DNA of 63,904 bases, counting the filler, from Octopus bimaculoides (lineage: Eukaryota), in assembly GCF_001194135.2 (NCBI RefSeq). It is 6 parts of 6 records of this genome, joined end to end, with 100 filler letters (N's around TTAATTAATTAA, not from the genome) between each part and the next. Parts side by side here need not be neighbours in the genome. Positions count along the whole stretch, not along the records: positions 1 to 17,994 come from NC_068989.1; positions 18,095 to 48,142 come from NC_068987.1; 4 more parts are not named here. One strand, written 5' to 3'. The position numbers and the translations under genes are program-made. A model generated the notes under the pieces. The model was not told the origin of the DNA and did no database searches. It saw only the letters and a list, made by a program, of their open reading frames with translations. Below are positions 12,421 through 24,369 of the stretch, one piece after another (position 1 is the first letter of the stretch; every line of letters begins with the position of its first letter).

Positions 12421-14429
12421 CATATAATGACACTGCTTGTATGACGGTGACACTCGTTTACAACTATGGCATAATGTTATAACAAGAACACACACACACA
12501 CACATACGACAGGCTTTCACACTGTTTCCGTCAACGAAATCCACACTCAAGGCTTTGGTCAGCCCAAAGCTATGGTAGAAGAAACATGCCCAAGCTGCCA
12601 TGCAATAGGACTGAACCCAGAACCACATAGTTGGGAAGAAAACTTCTTATCATACGCTCATATCTGTGACTATGGCATGTGCCAGAGACGTGTTCTGGGT
12701 GGAGGCGCAAGCTCAAGGGCTGCCCCAAGCGTCACTCGCTCAAGCTGCGCCACTTCACCAACCCTACAAAGATCTCTTTGTTTCTTGCAGGACTAAATAG
12801 TCCTCTCTACTTCCACGTATTCGCTTCTTCTTTTCAAGACGGACATAACTCTTTTCTACTCTAAGCCCAAGACCCGAAATTTTGGGGGAGGGGGCCAGTC
12901 GATTAGATCGACCCCAGTACACAACTGGTACTTAATTTATCGACTCCCGAAAGGATAAAACGCAAAGTCGATCTCGACTCAGAACGTAAAGACGGACGAA
13001 ACACCGCTAAGCATTTCGTCCGGCGTGCTAACGATTCTGCCAGTTCCACGCCGCCTTTGGAAATATTTTTTGTTACGAAATCACTAGTTGTCTTTCGATG
13101 ATTTCGATCTGTCTGTTGGTCGGCGGAGAAATTCAAAAAGTGTATAGAAAGAACCACTTGACCTCACCCATCCACATCAGTACTTTTTAGAAGATAAAAG
13201 AGAAACTGGACGTTGTTACTTTTATGTACGTACGTAACAAAAGGTGAGCGATGATAAATATTATGAAAAACTTGAGAAAAACAAGAGCGTCTGAATACGG
13301 GTGTGACGCAGGAAGGGGTTAGAATGTCGTAGTTGCGGCCACAACAATACTATTACAAAACGATATATACATTACTAAGAGACAGCTTATTGCAAAATTA
13401 AACATTATCAAGAGATAATGACGGGAGATGATAAGGCTTCTGTATTGTCGTTCAGTCTGCTACAAGCCCAAACAAATCATTTCTGACCCAAATATTCTAT
13501 CTGATCTGGCTTCTCACACTTATCCTACCATTCTAAATAAACAATCACAAGCTCAATGCTACAGAACAATGCATAATTTCTTCAAACCAAGGTGAATAAA
13601 AAAGCATTAGATAATGTGATCTTAGACACAATTGATCAAAAGATCTATCAAACAGCTACTACAACAACAAAAACAATCATTCAAAATTGTTATCGCGCCA
13701 TAAAAGAGAAAATAAAAGTCGTTACTTTTCACACCCGCAAAATTTATAAGGAAATTAAACGATGCAAGGGAGACCACTCTAATTTCAAATTATTGAGTTT
13801 GTCGTCCTGAAACTCAAATTCGTAAGATATTGAGATGAAAAAATTGAATTAGTTGAGATTATCCTTGCTATGAGTAGCGGAAAACTTCCTGTACGGGTTT
13901 TATATACCCTAGAGGAAGATTTTTTTGTCGATTAATTGCTTCTATAATTTCACCAGATCGAGACAGGAGTAGTATTAATATCAAAAGGTAGTTAATCTCT
14001 ATGTCCAACTTAGCGTGGATGTTGTGTTAGAAGACAGAATACTGCCTTTTTTTTTTACTACGAGAGAACCTCTCGCATTGATTCGTCGTGCATAGAAGCA
14101 CTCGTATTTATATCGTTGACAGATGAGAATTGTCTGGTATGGCTGCTGGAACTCCCAGATCGTGTGTTTTCGCCCTGTTTCAGGCTCCTATGTTGCAGAC
14201 GTCCAGTAGCGACACATAACAGCTGAATCTCCCTATCAACGATATATAAAGAATTCCAGAGTCTTTTCTGGCACTGATGTCGCAAATAACCGACAGACTT
14301 ATTGAAAAACAACAGTTAATAGCAACAGAAGCCGTATGAATATGAGAAGGCAACTTTTATCTCCACTCTCTTTTAGAATAGGTGCTGTGTATTAATAGAT
14401 CCATACGATTTGGGGGTGGGGGAGGACCG

Positions 14430-14464
<35 letters not shown>

Positions 14465-14892
14465 GAAAGAAAATAAAAGGTAGACAGACAGACATATATG
14501 TATGTATGTTAAGGTATCATCATCATCATTTAACGTCCGCTTTCCATGCTAGCATGGGTTGGACGATTTGACTGGGGACTGGCGAACCAAATGGCTACAC
14601 CAGGCTGCAATCTTGTTCAGAGACAACTATGTCTTCTTTTCTTTATGTTTCACACACCAACTTTAACATAAAACGTTATTTTAGTCCCAAAACATCCACT
14701 ATTTCACAATTTACAGTGAAAATTAATTCAAACACATAAATAACTCATATTCTAAATTAGCAATTCATTCAAAGAAGGGATAATTAATTTGTTTTAATTT
14801 TATTTCCTCTAATTTCAGTGCAAAATTTGTTCATAGAAAGATTAATTAATTTGTTTCGTCTTTCTTTTTTCTTTGATCTTGTCTAATTCCAG

Positions 14893-15009
14893 TGCAAAAT
14901 ATAGCCTACATGTCCCACTGTAATTTCTGTACGTGTTACTCCAGCAAGACAATCTGTACGAAGCGTCAGTGCGTGAAACCCAAAGACAAACTACATAGAA
15001 CATACACAG
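14893..15009 (+). CDS. RECK: RECK internal exon (CNxCxC module)
   Basis: ttccag|TG...ACAG|gttggt; 117 nt, phase 1 to 1. MQNIAYMSHCNFCTCYSSKTICTKRQCVKPKDKLHRTYT resembles vertebrate DCNVCSCFAGNLVCSTRLC...RRTFT. Confidence 0.87.
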
Positions 15010-16168
15010 GTTGGTGATGACATTACCTAATTCACTTTTTGTACCGTAGCAGCAGGTGAAGGCGCATGGCTTAGTGGTTAGGACTAACGATCGTAAGGCT
15101 CTGAGTTCAATTCCCAGCGATGCAATTGTGTCCTTGAGCGAAACACTTTATAACACGTTGCTCCAGTCTACTCATCGAGCAAAAGTTAATTGTACCTGTA
15201 TTTCAAAAGGCCAGCCTTATCACACTCTGTGTCACACAGAATCTCTCTTGAGAACTACGTCTGTGGAGTGCTCAGCCACTTGCACGTTAATTTCACGAGC
15301 AGGCTGTTCCATCGATCGGATCGACTGGAACTCTTGTCATCATAACTGACGGAGCACCAGTTAAGTCACCAAATCAGCAACATGCAGCATATAAATTAAT
15401 GTCAGTGCTGTTTATCTTACTAAACCTAAACCAACATTTTCCTCCTCTTCTTTTTTCTTTCTCTTCTTCTTCCTCTTCTTCCTTCTCCTCTTTGTCCCCT
15501 GTTTCATTCTCGTTATTTTCCAGTCTGTGGAACCAAAGTTATTTTTTTATGGGAATCTTTGTGATTTTCGTCACTGTTTATACTATTATCTTTAAAAACT
15601 TTTTAATGTATCATAGAGATGCAATTTTTGATGCTGAATCCGAATTTTTAATTCATTTATTGCAAAAAAAGTTTGCAAAAATGTTACAGGTGTTCAAAAT
15701 TTGATAATTTCAAGAATTTTCAGCCAATCAGAAAACAGCACATTCGCTGCCTCTTCCATCATCGGGGAGAGGGGAGGCACCGGCATGTCAAAACATTAAA
15801 TTAGCTATGCAAATAAATTTAATATTTAAAGCTATGAACAAACCAACCAACAGGAGTTGCTAAAAATAACAGTCAAAACATTAAAACATAAACAAGCAAA
15901 GTTAATATTTAAAAACTATGAACAAGCCAACAAGACATTATTTACATTTGACAGATATGATGGTCCTACAAAAGATGGCCCTACAAAAGATGAAAGTCAA
16001 TTTGACCCGCATCCTTTTCTGTCATCAATCGATAACTGATTTATATTCATCATCGTCGTTGTAATATCATAAATGTCATAAATGTCAGTGTTGTTTATCA
16101 AACTAAACCTAAACCGACCTTTCTAATCCTCTACTGCCTCTCTCTCTCTCTCTCTTCCTCATCCATAG

Positions 16169-16250
16169 GTTTACCATGTAACTGTCAGTCTCATTACTTC
16201 CCAGTCTGTGGAATAAATGGCAGAACCTACCCAAACAGATGTTTGGCATT
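16169..16250 (+). CDS. RECK: RECK exon, Kazal domain 1 first half
   Basis: ccatag|GT...CATT|gtaagt; 82 nt, phase 1 to 2. GLPCNCQSHYFPVCGINGRTYPNRCLAL resembles GLPCNCADQFVPVCGQNGRTYPSACIAR. Confidence 0.93.
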
Positions 16251-16550
16251 GTAAGTACCAATATTTTACTGCTTAACCTCTTCCTCACTCTCTNNNNNNN
16301 NNNNNNNNNNNNNNNNNNNNNNNNNNNNNNNNNNNNNNNNNNNNNNNNNNNNNNNNNNNNNNNNNNNNNNNNNNNNNNNNNNNNNNNNNNNNNNNNNNNN
16401 NNNNNNNNNNNNNNNNNNNNNNNNNNNNNNNNNNNNNNNNNNNNNNNNNNNNNNNNNNNNCTCTCTCTTTTCCCATCTCTTTCTCACTTATTTTGCCTTT
16501 GTCCCTTTCTCTTAGTTTCTCAAATTTCCTCTCTCTCCTCTTTCTGCCTA

Positions 16551-16663
<113 letters not shown>

Positions 16664-16692
16664 ATTTGTCATACAACCACACAACCAACATC

Positions 16693-16858
16693 CAAGGCCA
16701 GCTCAAGATACCAGCAACTTGGGCAGCTGCCTGGGGCACCATGTGCTAGGGGGCACCAAAGAGGGGGTGACAAAGACAAGGAAATTTCTACGACCGTCAC
16801 CTTGTACACTCCAAAGTTCAGCTTGCCCGGGGCGACAGCAACCCTAGGGACGGCCCTG
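16693..16858. mobile_element. hAT-like MITE remnant
   Basis: Right end CCCTAGGGACGGCCCTG (reverse complement CAGGGCCGTCCCTAGGG); degenerate left end CAAGGCCAGCTCAAG. Confidence 0.4.
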
Positions 16859-17270
16859 TATGTATGTATGTATGTATGTATGTATGTACGTACTTATATA
16901 TGTGTATTTATGTATGTATATGTATGTGTATGTATGCATATATATACAAATGTATATACATATGTATGTACAAATGTATGTACATATGTATGTACATACA
17001 TATGTACATATGAGCATGTAGATATATGTGTATTTATGCATGTGTGTGTGTGTATGTATATATGTATGTGCATATGCAGTTATTTATTATCGCATTCAGA
17101 TATAAAAGACCCCCGCATGATATCCTCTGTGGATTATCCCATACATTTCTTGATATCCAATCACTATGAAAAGATATCCAAAACTAAAATCCAAAAGCAA
17201 CTGATACAAACTCCATTAATTCTTCTTCAGTTTTCCATTTGTCTTGTAATTCTTTTCTTCTGTTCTTCAG

Positions 17271-17360
17271 ATGTGCAGGACTCAAAGAGATCCAATTTAG
17301 GTTTGGTAACTGTACTGCAATCAATCCCTGCAAGAACGCAAACTGTGGTTCAGACGAGAC
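17271..17360 (+). CDS. RECK: RECK exon, Kazal domain 1 second half; last RECK exon found
   Basis: ttcttcag|A...GAC|gtaagt; 90 nt, phase 2 to 2. CAGLKEIQFRFGNCTAINPCKNANCGSDET resembles CVGLQDHQFEFGSCMSKDPCNPNPC. Confidence 0.92.
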
Positions 17361-17401
17361 GTAAGTCTTTTACGAATTTTCTGATATATTTTGTTCTATA
17401 T

Positions 17402-17664
17402 TACCATATTTGATGGCATACAAGATGTGCCATTTAGAATTGAAAAAATCTATCTCAAAAAAGCACCCTGGGCCCTGCATCGATTGATGACAGAAAAGGA
17501 TGCGGGTCAAATTGACTTTCATCTTTTGTAGGGCCATCTTTTGTAGGACCATCATATCTGTCATATTAGATTTTTTTTTTTTTTGCTTTTCCTCGGAATT
17601 TGAGCTGCTGAGATTGGGGTGTATCATGTATACCCAAGTACCCTTAATGCCATCAAAAACGGTA
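17402..17664. mobile_element. Tc1/pogo-like MITE carrying one arm of the 85 bp inverted repeat
   Basis: Termini TACCATATTTGATGGCATA and TTAATGCCATCAAAAACGGTA are inverted repeats. Confidence 0.6.
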
Positions 17665-17891
17665 TATGCATACATATATATATTGTACACATATATACAT
17701 ATACATATATAAGTGTGTGTGTATATTATTATATCATTATATTATGATATCATTATATAATAATATGTATAATATGTGAAACAGCAATTAATAGCTAATT
17801 CCAGTGCACAGAAACAATTGTTGTGATTTGGATGAAAACCTGTTCATTCCTTCTTTTTGTATTATGAATTTCTTATATATGTATGTATGTT

Positions 17892-17933
<42 letters not shown>

Positions 17934-18038
17934 TATGTATTTCTTCTATCTTAATGAATAATAATTCTTCGGATAGAATAAATGGATTAATAGANNNNNN
18001 NNNNNNNNNNNNNNNNNNNNNNNNNNNNNNNNNNNNNN

Positions 18039-18050
18039 TTAATTAATTAA
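18039..18050. other. Artificial scaffold-join linker TTAATTAATTAA inside a 100 bp N gap
   Basis: The same 12-mer (stops in all six frames) sits inside N runs at 18039, 48187, 56066, 60039 and 62588. Confidence 0.9.
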
Positions 18051-18136
18051 NNNNNNNNNNNNNNNNNNNNNNNNNNNNNNNNNNNNNNNNNNNNATGTAT
18101 GTATATATATAGACACAGACACACACACACACACAC

Positions 18137-18177
<41 letters not shown>

Positions 18178-18644
18178 CATACACACACACATACACACAC
18201 ACATATATATACATATATGTTCTAGAAAATGAAACTGAATCGTAAACCTATTTGGATGGTTGTCATTTTTTTGACAGCCCAAGAACAGAAGTATTAATTA
18301 ACAACATAAACACTAACTTCTAAATTCAGTGTTCAAGAAGTTGTATTTATTTAATAGTTATTCAACAACTTCTTATTCTGCAGCTTGTTGACAACAGCAT
18401 TTCGTTGATAAACGAGGGGAGAAATACGCCGAATAACTTCTTGCATAAATATAGAAACCAACATACATACACTCAGACACAGACACACGTACATACTAAT
18501 ATATATATTATAAATTCTTGTAGAAATTAGCAAGGCTTTCATGCATAAAAATTTGTGACTGTGAATCAGGAAATTTTAATCGTATCCTGTTTACGATGCC
18601 ATACAAAATATTGGTTTATCTTTCCGTTTACGAAAACACTCTGA

Positions 18645-18681
<37 letters not shown>

Positions 18682-19222
18682 GCTGTTGTTGTTTAACTCT
18701 GTGTCACTTCTGATCTCACCGATCTACTATCAAGGGATTTCCAGCCATGGACATTTAGTTGATTTTTTTACATGTCTAAGACCGACATTATATTGTTTCC
18801 ATATAGAAAAGGATGACGTATACAACATCAAAAAAATATAGAAAACTTTAGATGAGTTCAAAAATGTCCTAAACATATTTGACTTATAAAGAGGCATTTT
18901 CAATGGAGAAAAATACCATGAAGAAAAATCCTCACTTTTGATAAGAAAAAAAATTTCATCAAGTGGCCAGCATATTAAAATACCTTTTAAGGTGAAAATT
19001 ATAAACAATTATAAATAAGGGGAAAAGAAAAAAAAAATTCTATGCCAATATGCTGAGAAATAGACTTTAGATTGTCAATCACCACATACAATATACATCA
19101 CTATAAAATACATGTCGTGCTGAATCGAGGAAAGCAAGCTAATAGAATTTTTTTCATTTTTTTTTTAGCGTTAACTCTGTATTTATCAATTTCGGGATTA
19201 ATCCAAAGAATTTTTCGCCTAA

Positions 19223-19263
<41 letters not shown>

Positions 19264-19476
19264 TTACTTTTCTAAAACTCACTGGGAGATTTATACAGTA
19301 GCAGCACGATAAAGTGATGGTATGTTGTCAACTTACTGTGACAGTCCCATGAAAGGGAAGAATGCTACTGCTATTTAGCCCTAGGAAGCACCGTTTCCTA
19401 TTTGCCATGACACATTTTCTTTGTCCTTATGTTTTCAAAAGGAGGAGATAAGCACCCCCACCCAGCAAAGCCAGCA

Positions 19477-19519
19477 TCCAGAGACTAGTTTCAGAGTCAT
19501 TGCTCATCATCAGTCTGGA
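19477..19519 (-). ncRNA. Minimal type I hammerhead-ribozyme motif B
   Basis: Reverse strand reads UCCAGA CUGAUGA UGAG-caauga-CUCU GAAA CUA GUC UCUGGA: perfect 6 bp stem I, intact core, ACUAGU palindrome and GUC site. Confidence 0.75.
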
Positions 19520-19637
19520 GTAGCATGGCTTGCTAGCTGTCCATGCTTATTCTCCTCGACCATACCAGCCAATTATACATGCATACCAGTTGTATAATTG
19601 TATTTCTGTATTTGTTTTTTTCTGTATTGTGTGAAAA

Positions 19638-19714
19638 CATCCTGATGAGAGGAGTGTCAGTTTTTTTAGAAATATGAAAAATATACCATATTACTCTGAA
19701 ACGGCCCGAAGATG
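19638..19714 (+). ncRNA. Degenerate hammerhead motif C
   Basis: CATC CTGATGA G...ACTCT GAAA C GGCC CGA A GATG: stem I CATC/GATG, palindromic GGCC loop, U16.1 apparently mutated. Confidence 0.45.
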
Positions 19715-20960
19715 GAATTTTAAAATGTTTGTATTATTTTCGTGGTATTTTAGTACGTCCTTTTGATGTTTTATCATCTCAAATTTTTATTACACCAATG
19801 TATTATAATTTTTAAATCTAGAATTCACTGTGTTTTATGTATCACATCGATATTTATCTATTTACATGTATTTTTATATTTATATATTTGGAATTTTTAT
19901 ATCCGGTTTATAAATGTAGAAGAATATATGTATATATTTGATTTTGAGTGTGGTTATTAATTATGGTCCTCTAGTTTCCGTTTGTATTGCTTCCATTGAG
20001 ATTATAAAGCGGAATATTTATATATCTATACAATTTTAGTACATGATTTTGTGCACATAATAATTTTACAACAGAATATATTTTTAGTAACCTATCTTTT
20101 GTCTCTCATCATTATTGTTCCTACTTTTCCTATTATATATATCACGGAATGAGGTGCAGGTTACAGTTACACGTGGCAAAGATACTGTAAGCCTAATAGA
20201 TCATTAGTGTTTCATGGGCATATGAAACTGTGGTGAACCTTGTAGTTAGAAACATAAGTCAATGCAGGAAAGAAAATGTGTTTGGCATAACAAACAAGTA
20301 AATAACAACTAGAAACTTTAACCTTCGACACTGAAAGACTGACAACGACATAAACCCTAAATTGTAAGTGTTATAACACTGACTCTAAAGAAAAAGAAGA
20401 TAAGGATACAGAAGACCCCAGATCATCTTAAAAGTAATGACAACGAGAAACAACCTCAAAGAACATCGTTATCGGCTCACACCAGTGTTGTAAATAATAG
20501 CTATATCTGAGTGTGTAGACATTCTTTTCGGGAAATTCTTTTCGTATGATGTGTGTCTATATATGCCTTTTATCTTTTACTTTTGTCAGTCATAGGACTA
20601 CGGCCATGCCGGGACACCGCCATGAAAGGGTATTTAGTCAAAATATCGACCACTTGTGTGTATGTATGTATGTATGTGTGTGTGTGTGTGTGTGCGTGTA
20701 TTATGTGTGTGTGTGTACGACGGACTTCCACGCAGTTTCCGTCAATCAAATTCACTTAGAAAGCATGGGGCAGCTTGTTGTTACAATAGAAGGCACTTTG
20801 CCCAAGATGCCGCGCAGTGGGGCTGGACATGAAACCACGTGGTTGCAACATGTTTTAACCACATCACCATGCTTGCGCCTATAGTGTATGAATGTGTGTG
20901 AATCAAGTGTCTATATATATAAACACAGACACATGTGTATATATGTACCTGTTATATGCA

Positions 20961-21221
20961 TAAGCCATTTAAAAAACGCACAAAAACCGTTAGATTCACT
21001 TCAGCATTTAAATTTAATTTGTGTCAAAATATTTTCGTTGCTTTGAAACCGCGACCTGTTCACTAACAAAATTTCGTGCAGTACTGACAAAATTTCGTGC
21101 TGCACGAAGTTTTGTTAGTGAACAGGTTGCGGTTTCAAAGCGACGAAAATATTTTGACACACATTAAATTTAAATGTTGAAGTGAATCTAACCGGTTTTT
21201 GTGTGTTTTTTTAATGGCTTA
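20961..21221. mobile_element. About 260 bp near-fully palindromic MITE (foldback)
   Basis: TAAGCCATTTAAAAAACGCACAAAAACC... pairs with ...GGTTTTTGTGTGTTTTTTTAATGGCTTA over about 115 bp arms; TA termini. Confidence 0.85.
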
Positions 21222-21702
21222 TAAGCACCTTCCATGCTGCAATTGTTTTTGTTTCAGCACACAATCTCAGATCAAGTCACTTGCTATGCAATTAAATCTC
21301 CATGATTAATGTTGTTTGTTTTTTAATTAAAGGCAACCACACTTGGAAATGAGAATAAATATCCAAAACCGAATATATATCACCTTTGTACACAAGATAT
21401 AAGAGTGTAGGACAAAACCCCACTAGGACAACCACTCTCCCCTGCTACCAGGACGAAACCCCCTCGGACAAAACCCCCTAATCCTAAGTGGCTTTTGTTC
21501 GGAATCCAACTTATACAAAATAACAAAAATGTATAATTCGTTTCTACTCTAGGCACAAAGCCCGAAATGTGGGTGGAGGGGGGCCAGTCGATTAGACCAA
21601 CCNNNNNNNNNNNNNNNNNNNNNNNNNNNNNNNNNNNNNNNNNNNNNNNNNNNNNNNNNNNNNNNNNNNNNNNNNNNNNNNNNNNNNNNNNNNNNNNNNN
21701 NN

Positions 21703-21746
<44 letters not shown>

Positions 21747-24328
21747 TGCCTGCATGTACGTACATGTATGTATGTGTGTATGCGTGTGTATCTCATTATT
21801 CAGTTTATTTCAAGATTTCTAGCCAATAAAGAAAGAGTCGGTTTCTAACCTAGAGCCAAGTCTCCTTCATTGGAATTTCAATATCAACAACAGGGTACTT
21901 TTGTATGTATGTACGTATGGATGGATGGATGGATGGATATGTGCAGCTTTGTATGTTTTGATTTATGAATGTATTCTCATGCATATCTAGACATGCTCAT
22001 ATATACTTATGTATGTATGCATGCACGTATGCGTGTATTTATGCATTATGTACATACGTACATATATATGTATATGTGTATTTAAGCCTATATGACTGTC
22101 AGCATGTTCATATCTCTGTGCATGTAACCAGGAACTGTTTAGTAATAAAAGACCTTTTTTGTTCATCATCAACTAAAGTTTAGTCAAAAAATACTTCTGG
22201 CCGAGATTATAGATTCCGACTCCAGCGCCCCGCTTGGTATCACGTTTAGATCTAAACACAATTTTTATCTCTCACGCCCTTAATGTAAACTGGTCGTTGC
22301 ATCCACCGATAACGCCTTTGTTGTTTGGTATTTAGTTTCTTTTATATGCTTCCCAACCAATTCCTTTCACCCTGCCACCATTTCTACTGCTGTGTTTTAC
22401 AACCCGTTCTATTCCTTCCTCGCCCCTCGGTGTATTATGATATTATGATAACATACAAGTCCATAGACTGTCACTCACTTGGCTTAGTCGTTGACTATGG
22501 TACCACCAAGATTCTGTAAAATCCTCTACGTCAGTGGTTCCTAACTGGGGCCCATATAAACATTAGGGTCCACCATGACCCTTTCGGGTCAAGGTAGAAT
22601 TTTGTTGTTAAAATCTATTTTCAGTAAATTGATTATACTTCTACAACACACAAAATATCCTTTTCTACTCTAGGCACAAGGCCCGAAACTTTGGGGTAGA
22701 GGGCCAGTCGATTAGATCGACCCCAGTACGCAACTGGTACTTAATTTATCGACCTTGAAAAGATGCAAAGGCAAAGTCGACCTCGGCGGAATTTGAACTC
22801 ATAACGTAAAAACAGAGGAAATACCGCTATGCACCGACACTAATTCTTTTTATTCTTCTTTACTCTTTTACTTATTTCAGTCATTTGACTGCGGCCATGC
22901 TGGAGCACCGCCTTTTAGTCGAGCAAATCGACCCCAGGACTTATTCTTTGTAAGCCCAGTACTTATTCTATCAGTACTTAAACACACCAGCATCGGTTGT
23001 CAAGCGATGTTGGGGGGACAAACAGATACAAAAACACGCACACACACACACACACACATATATATGTATACGACGGGCTTCTTTCAGTTTCCGTCTATCA
23101 AATCCACTCACAAGGTTTTGGTCAACCCGAGGCTATAGTAGAAGACATTTGCCCAAGATGCCACGCAGTGGGACTGAACTCGGAACCATGTGGTTGGAAG
23201 GCAAGCTACTTACCACACAGCCACTCCGCGCCTAATTACAAGAATACAATAAAAGTTGTTTTACATACAGTGAATGTCTACGAAGGATCCAGAAGAATAA
23301 TATAGGGATCCAGGGGTTCCGTAGGCAAAAAAGATGGTTGAGAATCACTACTCTACGTTGTCATTTGAGTTACTAAAAGAACAACAACTAAATCGCCTTC
23401 AACTACATCTTTATTTTAAGAAATTCGTATTAAAACATTGGATAAATGTGGACTTCACTTCTTTTTTTGTTGTTGGAGGCAATGCAATGGTTATCATCCC
23501 TCACGGGTTTCCCAAGACTAGCGGAAGGAAGAGAGAAGTTAGCATTAAACTTGGGCCACGTCACCAAAACTTGAGGCATTGCCCGAGTATAGGTGTAGGC
23601 GTGGTTGTGTGATAAGAACTTTGTTTCCTGACCACATGGTTCCAGATTCGATCCCACCGCGTGCCACCTTGGACAAACTTCTACTATATCACCGGGTAAC
23701 CAAACATTTTACAGTCGATTTGGTAGACGGAAATTGTGTGCAAGCCAATCGTGTGTGTGTGTGTGTGTGTGTGTTTGTAAACTCCAGTGAGGTAGATAAC
23801 TATGTGGCTGTTAGACCTGCTAGAAATAGCAACCAAATCTCCTCGATGTGTTGCTGTGTGTATATATGTGTATATCTGTGTATGTGTATTTGTTCACCTC
23901 CACCGCTTGACAACCGGTGTCTGTGTGTTTACGTCCCCGTAATTTAGCATTGTATAAATCAATGAATAACACACTTCCTTTATAAACGAGTGATTGTTAT
24001 TTTTCATGTTGTTCTTTAACCCTTGGTCGTGACCGCTCCATATCTTTAAAACAAAGTGCAATCCAGGAATACTTTATTCATTTCGCCCTTTCTTTTCATA
24101 AGACAGCATGGGATAATCGGAAGGAAATTAGGCTGTTGTTTCTCGCAGAATGACGTTAATTTTAAAAGCGGGTGGGGTGGGGTGGGGACATTTAATATGC
24201 TTGTGTGACGTCAAAATCATATTTTCATCCTTCTCTAGTCTCCTTTCTCAGTCTCTGTCCTTCTATCTCTCTTTCTAGAATAGTGGAAAAGAGACGTCCA
24301 GAGAATAGAACACACACACAGGGAGAAT

Positions 24329-24369
<41 letters not shown>

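Noticed and set aside
14142-14158. ttgacag|ATGAGAATTGTCTG|gtatgg as a Cys-bearing RECK microexon
   Set aside because: 14 nt does not preserve the phase 1-1 frame required between 11828 and 14893.
18039-18050. Recurrent TTAATTAATTAA islands within N runs (five sites)
   Set aside because: Identical six-frame-stop 12-mer centred in fixed 100 bp gaps: an assembly linker, not biology.
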